This document shows, piece by piece, positions 49,557 through 58,797 of a DNA stretch of 64,000 nt. The stretch is from Scenedesmus sp. PABB004 (Eukaryota). Every line of letters begins with the position of its first letter. The stretch's first letter is position 1. A program made the position numbers and the translations under genes. The DNA lies in NCBI GenBank assembly GCA_014905635.1, contig JABVCE010000004.1, forward strand, positions 930,001-994,000. Reading direction: 5' to 3'. The notes beneath the pieces are model-generated. The model did not search any database, had not been told where the DNA came from, and saw nothing but the letters and a program-made list of their open reading frames with translations.

Positions 49557-51916
49557 TTGCGGCGCCGCCGCCCGAGCCGGAGCCGCCGCGGCCCGAGGCG
49601 GTGCCGCCGGGCTTCCCGCGCCTGACCGCGATGCTGCGCGACCCCACGGCGCCCGGCAGCGTCGACCTCGTCGGCCTGGCGGCGTCGGGCGCGCCGCTGC
49701 GGGAGCAGCTGGCGCGCCTGCTGCGCGCGCAGCGGGACGCGCACGCCGTGCACGGCCGCGCGCAGCCGTCGCTCGCGCAGCTGCCGTCGGGCGCGGGCCT
49801 CGTCGGCTGGCGGCTCGGCGTGTTCTGCGCCCCGGCGGGCGTCTTTTACTACGGCCACCTCACCACGTACGACCCTGGCAGCGGGCAGCACGCGATGTGC
49901 TTCGACGACGGCGTCGCGTGCGCCATCTCGCTGCCCGCGGAGCGCCTCGACTGGGTCGCCAGCGGCGGCCAGGCCGCGACTGCGGCGGCGCAGGGCGCGC
50001 ACGCGGCGTACATGCAGCGCCGCGCGGCGGCCGCCGCCGCGCACGCGGCGTGGCAGCAGCGCCGGGCGCTGAGCGCCGCCGCCGCCGGCGGCGGCGGCGA
50101 GCACCTGGCGCGCCTGCTGGCGGCGCAGGTGCAGCAGGTGCAGGGCGAGCTCGCCGCGCTGGGCTGGCGGCAGGGCATGCCGGTGCCGCTGCACGTGCAG
50201 GCGCGCATGGCGCAGCTCGCGGCGCTGCAGACGCAGATCGCGGGCGCCGCCGCTGCCGCGGGCGGCGGCGCGGCGGCGCCGCTGCCGGCGCACGCCGCGC
50301 ACGCCGCGCCGCGCGCCAGCGGCGGCAGCGGCGGCGGCGGTCCGCGCCCCGGCGCGCCGACGCGCGTCGACGTCGTGTGCGGGGCGCACATGGGCCAGTT
50401 TGACTGCCTGCGCTCGGCGGTGTCGCTGCCGTCGGGCGCGGTGGTCAGCCCGACCGAGTTTGAGCGCCTCAGCGGCAAGGGCGCGAGCAAGAAGTGGCGC
50501 GCCACCATCCGCGTGCGCAAGGCCAACGGCCTGCCCGGCATCACCCTCGGCGACTGGCTGCTGCAGCAGGGCTACGACGCGCCCGCGAGCGCCGCGGGCG
50601 GCGGCGCCGCCGCCGCCGGCCGCGGCGGCGGCGGCAGCCTCAACGACATCCGCCGCAGCCAGCAGCAGCGCAAGGCCGCCGCGCAGGCGGGGCTCGGCGG
50701 CGCGCACCGCGCGGGCTGCCTGTGCGTGGCGTGCAAGGCCGCGCGGCGCCGCGGCGGCGCGCCGCCGGCCCCCGCCGCCGCCGCGGCGCCGGCCGCCGCC
50801 GGCGTCGGCTACAAGCCGCTGCCGCTGCGCAGCGCCCCCGGCGGCGCGGCGCCGCTGGGCGAGGCCGCGCGGCGCCGCGCCAAGCTGCTGCCCGCGCTTC
50901 TGCTGGGCAAGCGCGCGTACGTGTCGGCGGTGCCGCACCTCGTGCGCGGGCCGGCGGTGCACAGGCCCTGGCAGCTGCCGGAGAGCCGGGCCTACTCGGC
51001 CGACGAGTGGGAGGCGCGCCAGCGCGGCGGCGGCGGCGCGGCGGCCTCGGACGGCCCCGCCGCGGGCAGCGCCGGCGAGGGCGGCGGCCGCGCGGGCACG
51101 CCCGGCGCGGGCGGCAGCCGGCCGGGCACGCCGGCGGCGTCGGGCGGCGATGGCGGCGGCGGCGGGTGCGGCGACGCCATGGCGGTCGACAGCGCCGCCG
51201 TGGACAGCAACGCGGCGGCGTCCCAGCAGGCGGCCGCGGCGGCGGCGGCGGCGGCGGCGGCGCTGCCGGGCGGGACGCCGCCGCCGGCGGCGGGCGCGGA
51301 CCGCGGCGGCGAGAAGCGCGGCAGCCGCGCGCAGACGCTGCGCGAGCGCCTGCGCGCGTGCCGCGCGCTCGAGCCCCGCCGCATCACGTTTGGCAAGAGC
51401 GGCATCCACGGCTGGGGCGTCTTTGCGCGCGCGGCCATCCCCGCGGACGCGATGGTCACCGAGTTTCGCGGCGAGCTCGTGCGCACGGTGCTCGCGGACG
51501 TGCGCGAGGCGGCGTACCGCAAGCAGGTCTGTGCGCGCCCGCGCCCGGCGGCGGCGGTGGCTGAGCCCCCGCCAACCCGTTCAGCCCCTGAGCCCCGACG
51601 CCGCCGCCGCCGCCGCCCCGCGCCGCCGCTCTGCACACAGGCGCGCGACTGCTACATGTTTCACGCCGCCGACGCGACGGTCATCGACAACACGGGCGCC
51701 GGCAACCACGCGCGCTTCACCAACCACTGCTGCGCGCCCTGCCTCTACGCCAAGCCGCTGGAGCTGGGCGGCGACGTGCACCTCGCCTTCTTCGCGCGCG
51801 CTGACATTGCGCCCGGGCAGGAGCTCACGTTTGACTACCGATTCAAGGAGGAAGACACCGAGCACAAGGTCCTCTGCCACTGCGGCGCGCCCAACTGCAA
51901 GGGCACGCTCAACTGA
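43703..51916 (+). CDS. Trithorax/ATX-like histone H3K4 methyltransferase (PWWP, PHD, HMG-like, SAND, PHD+ePHD, Tudor-like, SET, post-SET)
   Basis: PWWP-like WPAV..VLFYG..YAWV; CCVCD..CDGC..HQSCYG; CCLCP..GGLKPT..WAHAAC; three FExxxG..KKW(K/R) SAND motifs; KSGIHGWGVFA, ARFTNHCCAP, ELTFDYRF, CHCGAPNCKGTLN*. One apparent 1-nt deletion at ~48645. Confidence 0.92.
46497..48658. repeat. Source of a 2.16-kb direct duplication (copy at 60951-63113)
   Basis: Exons and introns are near-identical to the copy, with only a few SNPs and one indel. Confidence 0.95.
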
Positions 51917-52238
51917 AGTTTTGCATCGCGTTTTCGCGCGTCCGGCTCGCGTGGAGCGCCGGCTCGGCGGCAGCGGCGGCGGCAGATGGCCGGCGGCGCG
52001 CGCCGGCACGGCGGCGCGGCGCGGCGCGGCGGGCGGTGTCTAGTCTGTTGCAGCGCGGCGGCGGTAGACCAGCGCGCGTGCGGGCACGCTGCCGCGGCAG
52101 CCCGAGAGGCGGAGAACAAGCCGCGGGCGCCATGCCGGAGTCGGCAACCTCGCGCGCAGGAAGCACATGCCCCCGCGCCGCGCTGGCCAGTTTCCCGCGC
52201 ACTCACGCACGCTCCGCGCCCGTCAGGACGCCGCCAGC

Positions 52239-52490
52239 ATGGGCGAGGGCGGCAGCAGCGCCGCCTGCCCTGCAGGCACCACCATCTGCTGCGCGCTGGA
52301 CGGCCCGCCCAGCTCGCGGGAGGGCCTGCGGTGCCGCTTCCCCGGCGCAGGCGACGTTCCAGCGTCGGTGTGCGGCAGCACCGTGTGCTGCACGCCGCCG
52401 CCGGGCGCGGTGCGCGGCGCCCGCTGCTGCCGCTGCCGCGGGAGGCTGCTGCGGAGGCAGCGGCGGCTGCTCCGCGCTGCTGCTGGCCCC
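52239..52490 (+). pseudogene. Orphan third copy of the Cys-rich exon 1 (MGEGGSSAACPAGTTICC...VCCTPPPGA) plus part of intron 1
   Basis: Homologous to 58388-58635 and to the reverse complement of 55400-55648, but more diverged and without exon 2. Confidence 0.8.
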
Positions 52491-52641
52491 TGGGCGTCAG
52501 CGACGGCAGCCGACCAGCACAGCGGAAGCGCTGCGCCGGGGCCGTTCGATGACACCTGGATTACGTCTTGGCGGTTTGACCAGCGACGTCGCATTTTACA
52601 GCGCTGCCCGCTTCCAACCCCGCCGCTGCGGCCACGCCGGC

Positions 52642-55600
52642 TCATCGCACGAGCGTGAGGCACGGGCCGCAGCGCAGGCCGCCGACATCGTCGCGCAGGA
52701 AGGCGGTGATCGCGGTCGCGGCCGCGGAGCACGCGACCGACGCGACGAAGCACCACCCCAGCCCCGCGGCGGGCGTCCCGCCGGCGTAGGTGTAGAGCGC
52801 ACCGGACGCCAGCGTGCCGGCGAGGCGGCCGCCAGCATTGGCGAAATAGTAGAAGCCCACCTGTGGACATTGCACGGGCGTGGGCCGGGGCGCGAGCGGT
52901 GCCGCCGACCCGCCGCCGCAGGTTGGCGCCCCCCAGGTTGGGCGCGGTGGGGCGCGGCGGCGGAGGGCGGTTCAAGCGCCCACGGCAGCCCACCGTCATG
53001 GCGGCCTTGTCGCCCTGCGCGTAGCGCACGATGAGGTACGAGTGCACCGCCGAGTTGACCGCAAAGAGCACGCAGTACACGACCAGGCCCGAGAGCAGCA
53101 CGCCCGCCATCGCGCGCACGTCGCGGCCCGCAAACACGGGGCTGCCCAGCACCACGGCCGCGAGGTAGGCCGGCGCGAGCGTGAGCAGGCCGTTCCAGAG
53201 CAGCTCCGTGTACTTGTTGGCCGGGCTCTGCCGCAGCGGCTGCAGCACGAGCTGCGGCGTCCAGCTCTGCACCTGGCCGTAGAGGATGATGAAGCCCTGT
53301 CGCGTGGGAGGGAGGTGCGAGGGAGGTGCGAGGGAGGCGAGGGGGTCGTAGGGCGAGGGCGAGCGCGGGCGCGCCGCCGAGGCGCGCGGCCCCGCGCGCG
53401 CGCCGCGCCGCGCCGCGCCGCGCCGGACGCACCGCGAGCACCGCGCCGACGGCGACGCGCTGCCAGCCGAGGCCGTGGGCCGCGTCGCGGAGGAAGAAGG
53501 GCAGCGGCACCTCGAACCAGCAGTCGCGCGAGCCAAAGAGGAAGAAGCGCGCCGCGCTCAGCACGTTGACGTTGTAGCGCTGCCGCAGGAGCTTGGAGAG
53601 CTTCACGTTCTCCTTGCGCGCCCTGCGGCGCAGCGGGGCGGCGCGCTCGGCGCGCGCGGCAGCTGCGGCGCGCCCAGCGCTCGCGGCGCGCCCCGGGCCG
53701 CGCCCCGCTGAGCCCTGCGCCGCGCCGCGCGCGCGCGCCTGCCGAGCTGGTTGGACAGACCCACGACCGCCCACGGCATCGCCGCCGCGACGAGCACGAG
53801 CAGCACGCCCAGCGCAAAGTTGTACGACTGACGCGCGGGCAGGCGGCAGGGAGGCGGCGCGGCGCGCGGCTGGGTGGCCTGCTGCGCCAAGCGAGCGAGC
53901 GGCGCGAGCCCGCGGCGGGGGTGGCCGCGGCCGCGGCCTGCGCCGCGGCCGCAGCAGCCGCGCCGCGTTCGCGACCCCGCGCGCGCGCGCGCCGCACCAG
54001 CGTGAGCGCCGCGGCCCCGATGAAGTACCCCACGCCCTTCATGCTGTTCTTCCAGCCGGTGATGAACGACACGACCTTGAACAGCCGGCTCTGAGAGTGA
54101 AGGACGCGGGGGCGAGCGGGCGCGGCGGGTGGCGGCGGTGAGAGGGCGCGAGGCGGCGCGGAGAAGGGCAGGGGGAAGGGAGGCGGCCGCGCGCCGCGGC
54201 GCGCCTGCTGCTCCTCGGGCGTGACGAGCTTGGTGACCGTCTTGCCGCCGAGCTTGGTGAGGTCCTTTGCCACGCCGCAGAGCATCTGCGCGGCGGTCAC
54301 AAACACGACGCCCTTGGCCTGCTGCGACGGCTGCGCCCACGCGTCCTGCCAGCCGAAGAGCATGCCGATGCCCGCGAGCTGCAGCGTCAGCCCTGCGGCG
54401 GCGGCAGCGCGCGTTCGCGCCCAGCGCGGGCTGCCCGCGCGCGCCGCCGCCCGCGCCGCCGCCCGCCGAGCGCCGAGCGCGCGGCGCGGCGGCGCACCGG
54501 TGAGGAGCGTGGTCTTGATGCCCCAGCGCGCGCCCATGAGTCCGGCAAGCAGGTTGGTCACGACGCCGGCGAGCTCGTAGAAGGAGAACATGATCGCGGT
54601 CTGCCACGCGCTGAACCCAAGGTGGTAGGCGTGCAGCAGCACGATCATGCTGCGCCGCGCCAGAGCGGCGGCGGCCGGCGGCGGCGGGGACGGGCGTCGG
54701 GGGCGTGGCGGGCGGCGCGCGGCTGCCGCGCCGCGCCGCGTGCCCCGCCCCCCGCGGCCGGGACGGGGGGGAGGGGACGGGGCGCTGCCGTGCCGCACCG
54801 CACTGCGCCGTCTGTGGTGGTGAAGAGGAGGTATGAGAGGGAGATGATGACAAAGGGCTTCAGCGCAGAGTACTCGCGCCGCAGGTACCTGGGCGCAGCG
54901 CGGCGAGACGCGCGGCACGCGGCGCCAGGCCGCGCGCGGCGCGGGGCCCAGGGTCGGCGGGGACGGGCGGCAGCGGCAGGGCCGCGGGCGGCGGCCGCGG
55001 CGGAGCGCGCGCGGCACCCGCGTGCGCGCACTCGCTGCGGGTCTCGTCTGCGCGGCGGCCGAAGTCGGCGCCGCCGGTGGCGGCCTGTGCGTCGTCTTTG
55101 GCGCAGCTGGCTGGCGCGGCCTCTTCGAGCAAACTGCGGCAGGTGGTGCGGCTGCGCTTCAGCGCGTGGAGAGCGCCGAGCCTCAGGTGCCTGGCCGCGG
55201 CAGCTCCCCCCCCCTGCCCTCCACTGCCCAGCGGCGCAGCGCGCGCACCTCTGGTGCTGCGCCTCATAGCTGGGGCTCTGATAGATGGCCCGGTCTGCGG
55301 CGTCCACGACCGCGAAGCAGTCCCCTACCTCATCCTGCGCGTGCCGCGGTGGCAGCGCGCGGCGTGAGCTGTGACGGCACCAGCTGCCCCCCCTGGCGCC
55401 GGGGCCAGCAGCAGCGCGGGGCAGCCTCCAGCGGCAGCGGCGCAGCCGCGTCGGCAGCGGCAGCAGCGGGCGCGGCGCACCGCGCCCGGCGGCGGCGTGC
55501 AGCACACGGCGCTGCCGCACACGGACGCTGGCACGTCCCCTGCGCCGGGGAAGCGGCAGCGCAGGCCCTCCCGCGAGCTGGGCGGGGCGTCCAGCGCGCA

Positions 55601-55648
55601 GCAGATGGTGGCGCCCGCGGGGCAGGGGGCGCTGTCAGTCTCGCCCAT
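52642..55648 (-). CDS. arsJ: ArsJ-type organoarsenical (1-arseno-3-phosphoglycerate) efflux MFS permease with Cys-rich N-terminal extension
   Basis: TTTDGAVRMIVLLH, FYELAGVVTNL, GVAKDLTKLGGK, TGWKNSMKGVGYFIG, LSAARFFLFGSRDCWFEV, FAVNSAVHSYLIVRYA, VGFYYFANAGGRLAGTL. 5' exons 55648-55481, 55334-55249 and 55190-55032 splice in frame. TGTAA at 52600-52596. Confidence 0.92.
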
Positions 55649-55956
55649 GCTGCCGGCTGTCTGACCGCGTGGAGGGAGCGGCGAGCTGCCCAGCGCGGCA
55701 GGCGCGCACTGGCCGAGTTCCGAGACCCGGGACGCATATGCCGCCCCCTCGATTCCCGTCAGCCCCGCGACACACCGCGCGACGCCGCTGCCGCCGGACC
55801 GACACCGCGATCGCCCCGCCGCCGCACGCACCGCGCCGTGCCAGCAGTGCCGCCCGCCGTGGCCGCTGCCGCTGCCGCTGCCGCTGCCGCCGCGCCCGCA
55901 CGCGCCGCCATGCCGGTCAGGGTCGCGATCAACGGCTGCGGCCGCATCGGTGAGAT
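55239..55956. repeat. Inverted repeat, left arm (~710 bp): arsJ exons 1-2, bidirectional promoter region, orphan GAPDH exon 1
   Basis: Reverse complement is near-identical to 58095-58797. Confidence 0.95.
55910..55949 (+). pseudogene. Orphan GAPDH exon 1 ([13 protein letters not shown]) with intact GT donor
   Basis: Identical to GAPDH exon 1 at 58141-58102. No further + strand GAPDH exons. Confidence 0.88.
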
Positions 55957-56168
55957 TACAGACGTGGCGTCCGGCCCACGTGTTGAGGCTGCCGCAAGTG
56001 CCGGCGCCTGGTCAACCGCAATGACAGAGTTCAGGGCGCGACGCCGGCGCGCTGGTGCGGAGTTTGGTGTCTTGGTTGTTGGTTGGTTCCACGCGCTGCT
56101 CGCAACCGGGCTGGCTCCACGACCCGCCGCGTCACTGCCACGCGCCGGCGCTCATGTGCCGGGCCGCG

Positions 56169-56211
56169 TCACGCCTGGCCCTTGGCCACGATGGCCGCGA
56201 GGTCGACCATG

Positions 56212-56244
<33 letters not shown>

Positions 56245-58141
56245 GCGTAGATCTTGACCATGCTGCCGTCAATCACCTGCAGAGCGCCGTCCAACGCGGC
56301 GGCGCGGCGGCGCCGGCGGCGTCAGCGCGCGCCTGTCGGCGCCCTCTGTGCGCGAGGAGCGGCGGCCTCACGCGCCTGCCCGCGCGCCCGCCCCACCTGC
56401 GTGCACGCCGCGTCCACGATGGAGCTGCGTGCGTCGTTCACGTAGTCGGTGCTCACCAGCGGCCGCTCCTCAAAGCCCAGGATGCCGCGCAGGTAGGTCG
56501 CCGACGCCTCCTGCGGTGTGGTGTGTGGGTGTGGGTGTGGGTGTGGGTGTGGGTGTGGGTGGAAGCCGCGTGCGTGGCGCGGCGCGGCGGCTGGCGCCGC
56601 GCCGCCGCGCCTTGAGCAGCGCGTTGACCTCCTCCGCGCTGGTGCCGCGCTTGACCTCAAACACGCAGTCCGTGATGGAGCTGTTGGTGAGCGGCACGCG
56701 CACGGCGAGGCCGTTGAGCTTGCCCTTGAGCTCAGGGAAGATCAGGGCGATCGCGGTCGCGCTGCCCGTGCTCGTGGGCGCGAGGTTGACCAGCCCCGAC
56801 CTGCGCGCGCGCGCGCGCGGGGGCGGGCGGGCGGCGGCCGCGAGGTCGGACGGCGGCCGCGCCGTCGCGCCCCCGCGGCTGCGCCCCGCGGCGCGGCGCG
56901 GCGCGGCGGCGCCCCGCGCGCGCGCACCGCGCGCGGCGCAGGTCTGTCTTCTTGGTGTTGGGTGCGTCGACGAGCGTCTGCGTGTTGGTGAGGTTGTGGA
57001 TGGTCGTGATGCAGCCGTGCACGATGCCGAGCTTCTCCTGGATGACCTTGACCACCGGCGCGAGGCAGTTGGTCGTGCACGACGCGGCGGTGACGATGTC
57101 GTCGACCTCAGGCTTGTACAGGTGCTGGCGCCAGTCACGGGCGGGCGGGTGGGCGGCCGGGCGGGTGGCGGCGGGCGGCGGCGGGCAGCGGCGGCCGGCG
57201 TGGGGCGGCGCGGCGGCGGCCGGCCGGCGCGGCGCCACGCGTGCAGCTGCCGATCGGGCGGCGGCGGCGGCGGCGGCGGCGGCGCACGTCGTTCACGCCG
57301 ACCACGACGTTGAGCACGGGGTTTGGGTCCTTGACCGGCGCGCTGACCACGACCTTGCGCACGCCCTTCTCAAAGTATGGCGCCAGCGCGGCGCGCGTGA
57401 GGAAGGCGCCCGTGCACTCCCAGACCTGGTCCAACTTGCCCAGGCCGGCATAGTCCAGCTGCACCGGCGGCAGCGCGGGCGGCAGCGGCGGCGCGGCGGG
57501 GCAGGGTCGCCCGGCGCGGCCGGGCGCGCGGCCGGCGTGGCGCGCGGGGGCAGCGCACGGCGCCGCACCTCGGCCGGCGTCTTGGCCTGGGTGTAGGGGA
57601 TGCGCGCCACGCGCTCGCCAGCCGTGACCACGATGCAGCCGCCCTCCACGGTCACACCGTGCCCCGCCCAGGTGCCTGCGCCGCGCGCCGGCGCCCGGTG
57701 AGCGGCGGTGAGCGGCGGCGAGCGGTCGCGGCTGCGCGAGGCTCGGCGGCAGCGGCGCCCGCGCACCGTGCACGCTGTCAAACTGGATGAGGTACGCGGT
57801 GGACTCGGCGGACGCGAGGTCGTTCAGGTGCACAAACTCAAACTCGCCCGGCCGGTCGAACGCCACCCGGAACGCGAGGCGGCCTGCGGCGCGCGGCGCA
57901 GGTGCGCGGCACGCAGTGCGCGGCGCGCGGTGCGGTCTCAGCGGCGGCGGCATCAGGCGGCGGGGGACTGCACCCTGCTGGCCTGCTGCGGGGCGTGCTG
58001 GTGGTGCTGCTGCCGCTGCTGCTGGTGCCGCCTCTTGCTGCTGCCGGTACTTCGCCCCTGCGCGCGGGATCTGGGCCCTCCACGTGTGTTATGCATCTCA
58101 CCGATGCGGCCGCAGCCGTTGATCGCGACCCTGACCGGCAT
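56169..58141 (-). CDS. ArsJ-associated-type glyceraldehyde-3-phosphate dehydrogenase
   Basis: [91 protein letters not shown]. These resemble the bacterial ArsJ-linked (Gap3-like) clade rather than GapC/GapA. No transit peptide. Confidence 0.93.
56516..56561. repeat. (GTGTGG)n microsatellite in a GAPDH intron
   Basis: About 7 tandem units are visible. Confidence 0.85.
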
Positions 58142-58797
58142 GGCGGCGCGTGCGGCGCGGCGGCAGCGGCAGCCGCCGCGGCGGGCGTCACTGCTGGCAC
58201 GGCGCGGTGCGTGCGGCGGCGGGGCGATCGCGGTGTCGGTCCGGCGGCAGCGGCGTCGCGCGGTGTGTCGCGGGGCTGACGGGAATCGAGGGGGCGGCAT
58301 ATGCGTCCCGGGTCTCGGAACTCGGCCAGTGCGCGCCTGCCGCTGGGCAGCTCGCCGCTCCCTCCACGCGGTCAGACAGCCGGCAGCATGGGCGAGACCG
58401 ACAGCGCCCCCTGCCCCGCGGGCGCCACCATCTGCTGCGCGCTGGACGCCCCGCCCAGCTCGCGGGAGGGCCTGCGCTGCCGCTTCCCCGGCGCAGGGGA
58501 CGTGCCAGCGTCCGTGTGCGGCAGCACCGTGTGCTGCACGCCGCCGCCGGGCGCGGTGCGCCGCGCCCGCTGCTGCCGCTGCCGACGCGGCTGCGCCGCT
58601 GCCGCTGGAGGCTGCCCCGCGCTGCTGCTGGCCCCGGCGCCAGGGGGGGCAGCTGGTGCCGTCACAGCTCACGCCGCGCGCTGCCGCCGCGGCACGCGCA
58701 GGATGAGGTAGGGGACTGCTTCGCGGTCGTGGACGCCGCGGACCGGGCCATCTATCAGAGCCCCAGCTATGAGGCGCAGCACCAGAGGTGCGCGCGC
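58095..58797. repeat. Inverted repeat, right arm: GAPDH exon 1, bidirectional promoter region, PGK exons 1-2
   Basis: Near-identical reverse complement of 55239-55956. Confidence 0.95.
58142..58387. promoter_or_regulatory. Putative bidirectional promoter for GAPDH and PGK (duplicated at 55649-55909 for arsJ)
   Basis: 246-bp gap between divergent ATGs. The promoter role is inferred from position. Confidence 0.7.

Noticed and set aside
56516..56561. GT-rich repeat as interstitial telomere
   Set aside because: The GTGTGG unit does not match TTTAGGG or TTTTAGGG algal telomeres.
55239..58797. Inverted repeats as transposon TIRs carrying GAPDH
   Set aside because: The arms consist of host exons and promoter sequence, and no transposase or target-site duplication is visible.
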